A stretch of DNA of 63,679 bases, filler included. It is 5 parts of 5 records of this genome, joined end to end, with 100 filler letters (N's around TTAATTAATTAA, not from the genome) between each part and the next. Parts side by side here need not be neighbours in the genome. Positions count along the whole stretch, not along the records: positions 23,410 to 48,211 come from SRR2962707_1493; positions 48,312 to 58,540 come from SRR2962707_1495; 3 more parts are not named here. One strand, given 5' to 3'. Shown here in pieces: positions 39,153 to 48,469 of this stretch. Position 1 is the first letter of the stretch. Every line of letters begins with the position of its first letter. Made by a program: the position numbers and the translations under genes. Below the pieces are notes generated by a model, which was not told the origin of the DNA, ran no database searches, and saw only the letters and a program-made list of their open reading frames with translations.

Positions 39153-40547
39153 TCAATCCGCCGACCGGGTAAACCGCCACGCGCACCACACCGCTAACAG
39201 CGCCATCGGCAGCACCGCCATGAACACCACCGGAGCTGCCCGCTCGGCGCTTTCCGGCGCCAGACCTTCCGCCACACCGGCCAAATTGGCCGCCAACCCC
39301 GCTAGCACCGCGCCCACGGCACCACCCACCTGACGAACCCCGATCAATGCCGAGGAGCCAATGGCCCGGTCCTCTTCCGCCAGCGCCCGCAGCAAGCGCC
39401 GGTTCATCAGACTGGAGCCCCAACCCAGGCCCAGACCGCAGATTGCCGCCGCCGCCAGCACCCACAGCACCGGCGCCGTCATCGCACCGACCAGCAGTGT
39501 TACCCCCAGCAGCAGTGACACCGCGCCCCAACGAATCCAACGCCGTTCGCCCGCCTGATCCGCTCCGGCAACCGCCAGCGCCGCCAGTGTCCAGGCCATC
39601 GCCTGTACCGCCACCACATAACCGGCCCGCAATGGCGACAGCCCCTGTAGCGCTTGCAGAATCGGCGGGCCGTAGATCAGCAACGCCATGGACGCCGCCG
39701 TCACCGCCGCCATCGCCGCGTAACCGGCCCCCACGGTGTGCCGCAACTGCCAGGCCCCGGCGGGCAACAGACGGTTCTCTCCGCGTTGATCCCGCCAGCG
39801 CAACCACGCCAGCATGCCGATGGACAACAGCAGCAGTCCCAATACCCAGAGCCAGTGTTCCGCCAGACTCGCCAGCACCAGCGCCGCCACCCCCACCGCC
39901 AACAATCCCAGCTGCGGCCAGGGCACCCGGGCACCGCGCTCCGCCGGGGCCGCGCCACGAAACAGCAGTAAAGCGGCGAGTACGAACAGCAATGCCTGGG
40001 CAGAGAACAACCAGAACACGCCACGCCAGCTGCCGCTCCCGGCAAACGCACCCCCCAGCAAGGGGCCGAGCACCGTGGCCAGCGCCCAAATCGCGGTGGC
40101 CGAGGCAAACACCCGCGCCAAATGCCGCTCCGGGAAGAACCGCGACACCGCCACCATGGCGAAACCGGAAATCCAGCCCCCACCCACGCCCTGCACCCAG
40201 CGGCCAGCCAGAAAGGTGAAAATATCCGGCGCCAGCGCGGACACCGCGCACCCGGTCGCCAACACCAGTCCGGCGCCCGCGCTGGCACGCGCCAAACCGT
40301 ATCGCTCCGCCAATCGCCCCGCGCTGGCCACGGCCAGGATCGTTCCGATCATGAACAGCGCCACCGCCCAACTGAAATACGCGTAGCCGCCCAATTGCCG
40401 CGCCACTGTCGGCATGATGGTGGCGGTGACCAGACTTTCCGCCGCCCCCACCCAGATACCGAGCCAGATCAGCAACAGGCGCGGCCCACGCCGGCCTGAA
40501 CAGAGATCACGCCAAGTGTCGGACTGGGGCGCTGTGGGAACGGGCAT
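39153..40547 (-). CDS. MFS transporter (DHA2-like)
   Basis: Many TM segments; GRLAERYG, GRWVQGVGGG, GPLLGG. Confidence 0.88.
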   Translation of the reverse strand: MPVPTAPQSDTWRDLCSGRRGPRLLLIWLGIWVGAAESLVTATIMPTVARQLGGYAYFSWAVALFMIGTILAVASAGRLAERYGLARASAGAGLVLATGCAVSALAPDIFTFLAGRWVQGVGGGWISGFAMVAVSRFFPERHLARVFASATAIWALATVLGPLLGGAFAGSGSWRGVFWLFSAQALLFVLAALLLFRGAAPAERGARVPWPQLGLLAVGVAALVLASLAEHWLWVLGLLLLSIGMLAWLRWRDQRGENRLLPAGAWQLRHTVGAGYAAMAAVTAASMALLIYGPPILQALQGLSPLRAGYVVAVQAMAWTLAALAVAGADQAGERRWIRWGAVSLLLGVTLLVGAMTAPVLWVLAAAAICGLGLGWGSSLMNRRLLRALAEEDRAIGSSALIGVRQVGGAVGAVLAGLAANLAGVAEGLAPESAERAAPVVFMAVLPMALLAVWCAWRFTRSAD

Positions 40548-40560
40548 GCGGGGCCTCCTC

Positions 40561-41247
40561 TCAGGCGGCCCCTGGGCCACCCCCCAGTATCGCGCTAAGC
40601 CGCCAGAGCTGATGGCCGCTGAGCCGGTATTTCTCCTCGAAATCGGTCAGCGTCTCCTCGGTGTCCGCCACCGGCGTCACCGATGCCGTGATCCCGGCCA
40701 GCGCCAGCGCCGCCGCCAACTCCTCCAGATACAACCGCCAGTTACTGCGCGCCTCCAACTCGCCGCCCAGGGCGAGCAGATGCGGAAATACCGGGTGTCC
40801 GTGCCAGCGTCGCTTCAGATGGGCACTCTTGGGCCACGGATTGGGGTACAGCAGATAATGGCGTTGCACACGCCAGCCGGCATCTTGGGCCAGCCGCCAG
40901 AATCCGGCGCAATCGCAACGCACCAGCCGCAGGTTTTCCGGCAGCGCTTCGCCGAAACGCCGCTCGCCCCGCTGCAGCCGGTGTTCGGACTGGTCCAGTC
41001 CGAGCACCCTCGCCTGCGGGAAACGGCGGGCCAGCATCACCGAGGACCGGCCGGTACCACAGCCAGAATCCAGGATCAGCGGCCTCGCATCGTCGCCGAG
41101 CCATTGCCGCGCCTGATCAAACGCCCGGCGGTCATGCTCCGCCAGCGGCGCCCGCCAGGGCTGCGACAAATGGCGGCGCACGGTAGCCTCCAGGCGCTCG
41201 TGCGGTCCGGTCTGGTTCGACACCACGGGGGAACTGTTGGCAAACAT
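40561..41247 (-). CDS. TrmB-like SAM-dependent methyltransferase
   Basis: LDSGCGTG, YPNPWPK..H.KRRWHGHP, FEEKY. Confidence 0.82.
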   Translation of the reverse strand: MFANSSPVVSNQTGPHERLEATVRRHLSQPWRAPLAEHDRRAFDQARQWLGDDARPLILDSGCGTGRSSVMLARRFPQARVLGLDQSEHRLQRGERRFGEALPENLRLVRCDCAGFWRLAQDAGWRVQRHYLLYPNPWPKSAHLKRRWHGHPVFPHLLALGGELEARSNWRLYLEELAAALALAGITASVTPVADTEETLTDFEEKYRLSGHQLWRLSAILGGGPGAA

Positions 41248-41383
41248 GAAATTGTTGTGATCCGCATGAAGTTGGGATGGCGACCCTTTGCTATTCTTTC
41301 AGCAAGCCGCACGGAGGCACCATTATGCGTTTTAAAAGACCGTTTTTCCTCCCGTCGACGGATTTATCGGGGCACCGATAATA

Positions 41384-42319
41384 ATGGTCCGCCGATGCCT
41401 CGTATCATTGCTTCTGCTGTGCGCCGGCCTCAGCACCGCCGAGACAGCCAAACCGCCGGCGAACGCTGCCCTTCAGGGCGAGTTCGGAGTACTCAATCAA
41501 CAAGGCGCGCTGATCGAACATCGGCGTATCAAGGACGGCAAGCGGCACGGCGAGCAACGCTATTACTATGAAAGGAGCGGCGAAAACGGGCAGGAAGAAG
41601 GGCGTGTGGAAAAGGGCCCTCTGAGACGCATCGCCCAGTACCGGAATGGTGTTCAATCCGGCCTGGAACAGTGGTTTGACCGCGCCGGACACCTCACCGA
41701 GGAGATTCCCTACCGGAATAATCAGGTACACGGTCAAGTGCGCCGTTACTACCCTGACGGTAATCTGCGCGAACAAGTCTGCTTTGTCCGGGGCAAGAAA
41801 AACGGCGTGTTCAGCTATTTTGACGAGAGCGGCCGCGTCACCGCCCGGGGCACGGCGCAAAGTGCCGGCATCGTCGAAACACGCTTCTGGGGCAAGGACG
41901 GTGAATTGACCCAGCACCAAGTCGAGTATCGACGAGACCCGGAGGGGCGCTTCCTGGACAACGCGCCGCTATGGCTGATCATTACTGCCCGCTACCACCA
42001 GCACCAGCCGATCCAGGCTGACATTCACTACGCCGAGACCGGTGAACGCTGGCTTGAGCGTTTCGAAAAGGGCGCCCTGGTGGAACTTCATCATACCGTC
42101 AACGGCCTGCCCGAGGGTCTGAAGATCAGCCGGAAAGGAACACGTGTCTACCGGGAGACCTATGTCAAAGGTCGCTTGCATGGCCCCTGGCGTCTGCAAA
42201 CGGCCACCGGTACGCCCTTGCTGTGGGGGCAATATCGTGACGGCAAACGGGTCGGCGAATGGCATCAGCGCGGCCGCGACGGCACCATCGAAACCATTAA
42301 TGCCGGCGATGGCGGATAA
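41384..42319 (+). CDS. Exported MORN-variant repeat (YwqK-like) protein
   Basis: Signal-peptide-like N-terminus; repeated G..HG...YY..G units. Confidence 0.78.
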   Translation: MVRRCLVSLLLLCAGLSTAETAKPPANAALQGEFGVLNQQGALIEHRRIKDGKRHGEQRYYYERSGENGQEEGRVEKGPLRRIAQYRNGVQSGLEQWFDRAGHLTEEIPYRNNQVHGQVRRYYPDGNLREQVCFVRGKKNGVFSYFDESGRVTARGTAQSAGIVETRFWGKDGELTQHQVEYRRDPEGRFLDNAPLWLIITARYHQHQPIQADIHYAETGERWLERFEKGALVELHHTVNGLPEGLKISRKGTRVYRETYVKGRLHGPWRLQTATGTPLLWGQYRDGKRVGEWHQRGRDGTIETINAGDGG

Positions 42320-42430
42320 CAACGCCTGAACCGCGTACTCTTTCCACCATCCAAAGGATGAGTATCGCCACAAATCAATCCGCCCTCAGCAGGGCTATGA
42401 TAACAAGCGCATCATGACCAAGAGGCCGCC

Positions 42431-43159
42431 ATGACCCCATTCATCCGCACCCTGGCCCTGCTACTGGGCCTGATCCTGACCGGCCCTGCCCTGGCACAGA
42501 TGTCCATCCATGTGATCCAGCGGGCCGACGCTGAAGCTCTGGTGCCGATCATCGAACCGCTGCTGCCGGAAGGCGGCTCCGTCAACGCCTACCAGGGCCG
42601 GCTGGTGATCCGCACCAGTCAGGAGAATTTTGATCAAATCCTCAATGCCCTGGGCGACATGCCCGCCGCGCCACGCACGGTATCGGTGGTGTTGCGGCGG
42701 CGCCAGAACAGCGAAGGCGACGACCGCGTATTGAAAGTCGAGGGCGGCCGGGTCACCGTGAGCGGCGGCCGGCACCGGCAGCAGCGCGAGGACCAGTACC
42801 GTATCAACACCCTCTCCGGGCATCCGGCCAGTGTCGGTCAGGGCACGCTGATCGCCCTGGCCGGCAGCCAGCTGCCCGCTTTATTGAGCCTGAAACAAGG
42901 GATCGATATTCTGCCTCTGCTCACCGCCGACAATCAGGTGCGCCTGCGCATCAGCCAGCGCTTCGAACAATTGAGCCAGGGCACCGTCGCGGACACCCAA
43001 AGCACCGCCACCACCCTGCAAGTGCCCCTGGGCCAATGGACGCCCCTGGGAAACATACAAGTGCACGAACAAACCCGGAGCCAGGGTTTGGGCGGCGCGG
43101 AGCAACGCAGCAGTACCGTCACTCTGCCATTGGAAATCAAAGTCGACCTGGTCCACTGA
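42431..43159 (+). CDS. Short secretin-like exported protein
   Basis: Signal peptide (ALA/Q), an N3-like domain (AEALVPIIEPLL...LVIR), beta-rich C-terminus (TTLQVPLGQWTPLG). Confidence 0.65.
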   Translation: MTPFIRTLALLLGLILTGPALAQMSIHVIQRADAEALVPIIEPLLPEGGSVNAYQGRLVIRTSQENFDQILNALGDMPAAPRTVSVVLRRRQNSEGDDRVLKVEGGRVTVSGGRHRQQREDQYRINTLSGHPASVGQGTLIALAGSQLPALLSLKQGIDILPLLTADNQVRLRISQRFEQLSQGTVADTQSTATTLQVPLGQWTPLGNIQVHEQTRSQGLGGAEQRSSTVTLPLEIKVDLVH

Positions 43160-43178
43160 CCAGCCCACCGGAGCGGCA

Positions 43179-44171
43179 ATGGAAACCACCACCCTGGCCA
43201 ACAGCGACCTGACCTGCAGCCGGATCACCCTGGGCACCCGGACCATGGGCGCCGGAGCACGGGACAGCGCTGGGTGGGATCGCCATAACGCTCTGCAGGC
43301 CATCCTGGAGGCGGTGGAAAACGGTATAACCACCATCGACACCGCTCCCCTGTACGGCTTCGGAGAATCCGAAGCGCTGGTGGGCGAAGCGCTGCACCGT
43401 GGCCGCCTGCGACAGCATGTGACGCTGTCCACCCAGGCCGGACTGGATTGGCGCGACGGCATCCCGTTCCGTGACGCCCGGCCGCAACGGCTGTTCGAGG
43501 AAGTGCACGCCAGCCTGCGGCGCCTGCGCACCGATGTCATCGATCTGTATCAGGTGCACTGGCCGGATCTTGCCTGCCCGCTGGAAGACACCGCCGGGGC
43601 CATGGCCACACTGCGGCGCCAGGGCAAGATCCGCGCCGTCGGCGTCAGCAACGTCACCGGCCAGCAGCTGCGCGCCTTCCACGCCCTCTGTCCGCTCACC
43701 GCGGTTCAGGTACCCTACAATCTGTTCGAACGGGGTATTGAAGAGGATCTGCTGCCCACCGCCCGGGAGCTGGGCATCAGCGTGCTGGGTTACAGCGCTC
43801 TGTGCCGTGGCCTGCTGTCCGGCAAGATGCGCCCGCACACCCGTTTCAACAGCGACGACCTGCGTAACCACGACCCCAAATTCCAACCTCCCCGCTACGC
43901 CCAGTACCTTGAGGCGGTGGACGCCCTCAACACGCTGGCCCGCGACAACGGCTTGAGCGGCGTGCTGCCGCTGGCGGTACGCTGGCTGCTGGACCAGCCC
44001 GGCGTCGATCTGGCCCTCTGGGGCGTGCGCCGCCCGGAACAGATTCTGCCCATGCTGGAGTTGGACGGCTGGCATCTGGATGATGCTTTGAACGCGGAGA
44101 TCGAACGTATACTGGCCGACACGATCACCGACCCGGTGGGGCCGGAGTTCATGGCGCCAGCGGGTCGGTAG
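43179..44171 (+). CDS. Aldo/keto reductase (AKR11-like) with atypical catalytic site
   Basis: DTAPLYGFG, IDLYQVHWP, GKIRAVGVSN, PYNLFER. Confidence 0.88.
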   Translation: METTTLANSDLTCSRITLGTRTMGAGARDSAGWDRHNALQAILEAVENGITTIDTAPLYGFGESEALVGEALHRGRLRQHVTLSTQAGLDWRDGIPFRDARPQRLFEEVHASLRRLRTDVIDLYQVHWPDLACPLEDTAGAMATLRRQGKIRAVGVSNVTGQQLRAFHALCPLTAVQVPYNLFERGIEEDLLPTARELGISVLGYSALCRGLLSGKMRPHTRFNSDDLRNHDPKFQPPRYAQYLEAVDALNTLARDNGLSGVLPLAVRWLLDQPGVDLALWGVRRPEQILPMLELDGWHLDDALNAEIERILADTITDPVGPEFMAPAGR

Positions 44172-44262
44172 AACCGCTGAAAATTCCGGTTGATCAAGCC
44201 CTGCCTCCCCACAGTTGGGGATCAGCCCGCTGACACACAACACCTTCCCACGCCAACGCCTC

Positions 44263-44332
44263 ATTCGCTGCTAAAGCAGCTTCCCACAGCGGCTCCGTAC
44301 TCTCTTGTGGGAAGCTGACTTGGGCAGCGAAT
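44263..44332. repeat. GTRG-type REP pair (outward orientation)
   Basis: ATTCGCTGCTAAAGCAGCTTCCCACA ... TGTGGGAAGCTGACTTGGGCAGCGAAT. Confidence 0.72.
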
Positions 44333-44379
44333 CGGCTCGCGGTTGTCCACGCGTCTTGCACTAAAACGGGCCTTTACTC

Positions 44380-45411
44380 TCACACCAAAGGCGGCGTCCG
44401 CTCGGCGAACTGGCCGTTCCAGTACGGATAGTAGGGATACGGTGGTGTCACGGCGCTGGCCTTATCGAGCCGGGCGGCCTGTTCCTCCGTCATGGACCAG
44501 CCCACCGCGCCCAGGTTGTCGCGCAATTGCTGTTCGTCGCGGGCGCCAATCAGTACCGAGGACACCGTGGGCCGGCGCAGCAGCCAGTTGATCGCCACCT
44601 GCGGTACGGTTTTGCCGGTTTCCTGCGCCACCGTCAGCAACGCATCCACCACGTTGTATAGCCGCTCTTCCTCCGCCGGCGGGGCGAAGCCGGCGGTTTC
44701 ATGCAGACGGCTGCCCTCGGGCAAGGGCTGCCCACGGCGGATTTTGCCGGTAAGGCGCCCCCATCCCAGCGGGCTCCACACCAGCGCGCCCAGTCCCTGG
44801 TCCTGGCCCAGCGGCATCAGTTCCCACTCGTAGTCGCGACCGATCAACGAGTAATAAGTCTGGTTGGCGACGAAGCGGCTGTAGCCGTAGCGGTCCGCCG
44901 CCGCCAGGGACTTCATCAGTTGCCAGCCAGAATAATTGGAGGCGCCGATGTAACGGACCTTGCCGGAGCGCACCAGATCGTCCAAGGTCGCCATCACCTG
45001 TTCCACCGGCGTCATGGCGTCAAAGTGATGCAGTTGCAGCAGGTCGATGTAATCGGTGCCGAGCCGCCGTAACGAACTCTCCACCGCCCGCACCAGATGA
45101 TGACGGGAGGCGCCCACGTCATTGGCGCCCTCTCCGCTTCGCAGGCTCACTTTGGTGGACAGAATCACTTGGTCTCGACGGCCGGCGACGGCGGCCCCAA
45201 GCACGTCCTCGGAGGCGCCGTCCGAGTACACGTCGGCGGTGTCGAACAGGGTCACGCCGGCCTCCAGACACAGATCAACCAGCCGCCGCGCTTCGTCCAC
45301 GCCGCTATTGCCCCAGGCGCTAAACAGCGGCCCTTTGCCGCCGAAGGTGCCGGTGCCGAAGCCCAGCACCGGTACTTTGAAGCCGGAGCGTCCCAGATAA
45401 CGGTGTTCCAT
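44380..45411 (-). CDS. Aldo/keto reductase
   Basis: DTADVYS, LSTK, DLLQLH, GKVRYIGASN, WSPL. Confidence 0.92.
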   Translation of the reverse strand: MEHRYLGRSGFKVPVLGFGTGTFGGKGPLFSAWGNSGVDEARRLVDLCLEAGVTLFDTADVYSDGASEDVLGAAVAGRRDQVILSTKVSLRSGEGANDVGASRHHLVRAVESSLRRLGTDYIDLLQLHHFDAMTPVEQVMATLDDLVRSGKVRYIGASNYSGWQLMKSLAAADRYGYSRFVANQTYYSLIGRDYEWELMPLGQDQGLGALVWSPLGWGRLTGKIRRGQPLPEGSRLHETAGFAPPAEEERLYNVVDALLTVAQETGKTVPQVAINWLLRRPTVSSVLIGARDEQQLRDNLGAVGWSMTEEQAARLDKASAVTPPYPYYPYWNGQFAERTPPLV

Positions 45412-45436
45412 GATTGTGTCTCCTTACTCTGATGTC

Positions 45437-45474
45437 ATTCGCCTGCAGACAGGCTCCCACAGCGGCTTCGTAGT
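45437..45474. repeat. Single REP arm
   Basis: ATTCGCCTGCAGACAGGCTCCCACAGCGGCTTCGTAGT, matching the arm at 47844-47882. Confidence 0.7.
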
Positions 45475-45493
45475 GACGTTCGAGGAACCGGCC

Positions 45494-46696
45494 TCAGGCA
45501 CAGTCCCCGGTTTCAAGCAGCGGCGCGCGCTGCCGTTCCCGCCGCAGCGCCCACAGCGCCAGGGCGAGGCCGGACAGCGTGACCGCCGAGGCCACCCAGG
45601 GGATGCCGGTCAAACCGGTGCCGGAGTGAATCACCGCGCCGCCGAGCCAGGCGCCCAGGGCGTTACCCAGATTGAAGGCACCGATATTGAAGCTGGAGGC
45701 CAGACTGGCGGCGCCTTCGGCGCGGCTGAGCACCCACAGTTGCAGCGGCGCCACGGTGGCGAAACTGGCGGCGCCGAGCAGGCCGACGAACACCACCGCG
45801 GTCACCGGATGCCGCAGCGCCGGGCCGGTCATCGCCAGCACCAGCGCCAAGATCGTCAACGTCACGCCGATGGCGCGCGGCAGGTTACGGTCGGCCAGCC
45901 GGCCACCGGCCAGATTGCCGGCGATCATGCCCACGCCGAAGACCAGCAGAATCGAGGACACCTGCGCTTCGGAAAAGCCGGCCAGGCGGACCAACATGGG
46001 CTGGATGTAGGTAAAGACGGTAAACACGCCGGCGTAACCCAGAACGGTGGTGAGCAGCCCTAGCAACACAATGCCGCGCCCGATGACGCGGAAGCCGTCG
46101 CGGAATGATTCCCCGTTCTGCCCGCCCTGATCGGCGGGCACCAGAGCCAGGATCACCAGGGTGGCCAGCACGCCGACACCAGTGATGGCCCAGAACGAAG
46201 TCCGCCAGCCGTACTCCACGCCCAGCCAGGCCCCGGCCGGCACGCCCAGCAGGGTGGCCACGGTGAGGCCGGTGAACATGATGGCGATGGCGCTGGCGCG
46301 CCGATGCGGCGCTACCAGGGAGGTAGCCACCACCGAGCCGACGCCAAAGAAAGTGCCATGCGCCAGGGAGGTCATCACCCGCGCCACCATCAGCACGGTG
46401 TAGTTCGGCGCCAGGGCACAGGCCAGGTTGCCGACGGTGAAGATCAGCATCAGCCCAACCAGTACCCGCTTGCGGGACAGGCCGCCGGTGGTGGCGGTCA
46501 ACAAAGGCGCGCCGACGAACACGCCCAGGGCGTAGCCGGAAATCAGCAGGCCGGCGGCGACGATGCTGACGCCCAGATCGTCCGCCACCTGCTGCAGCAC
46601 GCCCATAATCACGAATTCAGTGGTGCCGATGCCAAAGGCACCGATGGTCAGCGCGTACAGCGCCCAGGGTATACCGCCCTGTCGCGGGTCTTTCAT
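45494..46696 (-). CDS. MFS transporter (DHA1/AraJ-like)
   Basis: FGIGTTEFVIMG, GVPAG, GGRLADR, NIGAFNLGNALG. Confidence 0.92.
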   Translation of the reverse strand: MKDPRQGGIPWALYALTIGAFGIGTTEFVIMGVLQQVADDLGVSIVAAGLLISGYALGVFVGAPLLTATTGGLSRKRVLVGLMLIFTVGNLACALAPNYTVLMVARVMTSLAHGTFFGVGSVVATSLVAPHRRASAIAIMFTGLTVATLLGVPAGAWLGVEYGWRTSFWAITGVGVLATLVILALVPADQGGQNGESFRDGFRVIGRGIVLLGLLTTVLGYAGVFTVFTYIQPMLVRLAGFSEAQVSSILLVFGVGMIAGNLAGGRLADRNLPRAIGVTLTILALVLAMTGPALRHPVTAVVFVGLLGAASFATVAPLQLWVLSRAEGAASLASSFNIGAFNLGNALGAWLGGAVIHSGTGLTGIPWVASAVTLSGLALALWALRRERQRAPLLETGDCA

Positions 46697-46780
46697 GACC
46701 GTTCTCCGTTGGAATGGGATAGAGAGACGGCATGCTAGGGCTTTACCTCTTTCACAAAAACAATATAGCCTTTTATTCAC

Positions 46781-46799
46781 TTTCAACATTTCATTGAAA
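46781..46799. promoter_or_regulatory. Inverted repeat, probable LysR site
   Basis: TTTCAA-N7-TTGAAA in the AT-rich divergent promoter between the MFS and LysR genes. Confidence 0.5.
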
Positions 46800-46829
46800 A
46801 TAACTCTCCATTCCTGCCTTGGACGAACC

Positions 46830-47759
46830 ATGGAAAGACTCAGTGACATCGCGCTGTTCCTACGCGTGCTGGATCAGGGCTCGATCAGCGCCGCGGCACG
46901 TACCCTCGACCTTTCCGTGGCGGTGGCCAGCCAGCGTCTGAAGCGGCTGGAACGGGATCTGCAGGTACGTCTGCTGCACCGCACCACCCGCCGTCTCCAC
47001 CCTACCCCCGAGGGCCGGCTTCTGGCGGAGCGGGGGCGGTTGCTGGTGGAAGACCTGGAAGCCCTGGCCAACGGGCTCCGGCAAAGCGCCAACGAGATCA
47101 GCGGCACCCTGCGTCTGGCGCTGCCACCGGCATTCGGGCGTCAGTATATTTCCCGGCTGCTGCCCGGTTTTTTGCAACGCTACCCGCAAGTGCGCCTGGA
47201 CGTGCATCTGAGCGATGACCAGGTGGACCTGGTGGGGGAAGGGTTTGATCTCGCCATTCGTATCGGTGTACTCAAGGACTCCTCCCTGGTGGCGCGGCGG
47301 CTGGCCGACGACAAGCGGGTGCTATGCGCCTCCCCCGATTACCTGGCCCGCCACGGCGTGCCCGCCCATCCCCGGGAACTGGCCGATCATCCTTGTCTAC
47401 TGCTGACCAGCCATCCGGACCGGCAGGACGTCTGGGATCTGCGCGACCCGGACGGACGGCCATGCCCGGTCAGAGTCAGCGGCCCGGTCCGCGCCAATCA
47501 GGGGGAGTTGCTGACCGAAGCCGTGCTCGCCGGCCTGGGCATTGCCCAGCATTCGCTCTGGCACATCCACGAACACCTGTGCCAGGGCCGTCTCAAGGTG
47601 GTGTTGGCGGATTATCAATTGGCCGACACCGCCATCCACGCGGTAATGCCGCAACGCAAGCAGGTACCCCCAAGGGTGCGGGCCTTCGTGGAGTTCGTAT
47701 CGGAAAGTCTGGGAGAAGCGCCGTTGTGGGAACGGCTGCCGGAGGGAAGCCGGGCGTGA
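46830..47759 (+). CDS. LysR family regulator (CrgA-like)
   Basis: GSISAAAR, LERDLQVRLLHRTTR, GFDLAIRIG, PPRVRAFVEF. Confidence 0.93.
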   Translation: MERLSDIALFLRVLDQGSISAAARTLDLSVAVASQRLKRLERDLQVRLLHRTTRRLHPTPEGRLLAERGRLLVEDLEALANGLRQSANEISGTLRLALPPAFGRQYISRLLPGFLQRYPQVRLDVHLSDDQVDLVGEGFDLAIRIGVLKDSSLVARRLADDKRVLCASPDYLARHGVPAHPRELADHPCLLLTSHPDRQDVWDLRDPDGRPCPVRVSGPVRANQGELLTEAVLAGLGIAQHSLWHIHEHLCQGRLKVVLADYQLADTAIHAVMPQRKQVPPRVRAFVEFVSESLGEAPLWERLPEGSRA

Positions 47760-47800
47760 ACGGGCACCCCGGCTCGAATCCGTCTCTGTGGGACGAGTTG

Positions 47801-47882
47801 CTGTAGGAGACTGCCTGCAGGCGAATCTTTCGTTCAAGAGCCCATTCGCCTGCAAGGCAAGCTCCTACAGCGGCTTCGTAGT
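47801..47882. repeat. GTAG-type REP doublet
   Basis: CTGTAGGAGACTGCCTGCAGGCGAAT ... ATTCGCCTGCAAGGCAAGCTCCTACAG. Confidence 0.78.
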
Positions 47883-47910
47883 CCCCTTCGTGGGAAGAAG
47901 CGGGCCCGGA

Positions 47911-48211
47911 TTAACCGGCCAGTTTGGCTTTCAGTTCACGGCGACGGCGGTGCAGGACCGGCTCGGTGTAGCCGCTGGGCTGCTCGCAGCCCTTGAACAC
48001 CAGATCACAGGACGCCTGGAAGGCGATGCTGTCATCGAAGTTCGGCGCCATGTCCATGTAGGTCGGGTCACCGGCGTTCTGCTTGTCCACCACCTGCGCC
48101 ATGCGCTTCATGGACTCCATCACCTGTTCCTCGGTGACAATGCCATGGTGCAGCCAGTTGGCGATGTGCTGGCTGGAGATACGGCAGGTGGCGCGGTCTT
48201 CCATCAGGCCC
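47911..48211 (-). CDS. glcB: Malate synthase G, C-terminal fragment
   Basis: [23 protein letters not shown]...[12 protein letters not shown]. Confidence 0.93.
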
Positions 48212-48311
48212 NNNNNNNNNNNNNNNNNNNNNNNNNNNNNNNNNNNNNNNNNNNNTTAATTAATTAANNNNNNNNNNNNNNNNNNNNNNNNNNNNNNNNN
48301 NNNNNNNNNNN
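48212..48311. other. Artificial contig linker
   Basis: 44 N + TTAATTAATTAA + 44 N. Confidence 0.99.
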
Positions 48312-48321
48312 CTTCCGATCT
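48312..48321 (+). other. Probable Illumina adapter remnant
   Basis: The contig begins CTTCCGATCT, the 3' end of the TruSeq adapter (...GCTCTTCCGATCT). Confidence 0.7.
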
Positions 48322-48469
48322 GTCCTCCCCCTCCCCGCTCAATAAGCAAGGGCGATGTGAGCCCAACAACGAGCGTACTCTGAAGAAAACGCACCGCTTT
48401 GATCCCGACACACGCAAAGGCGTTGATAGTGATAGCCGTTGACAAACACACGCACACACTTTCTAAACT

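Noticed and set aside
44195-47882. CRISPR array from repeated palindromes
   Set aside because: Copies are dispersed, inverted and degenerate, with no regular spacers or cas genes; they fit REPs.
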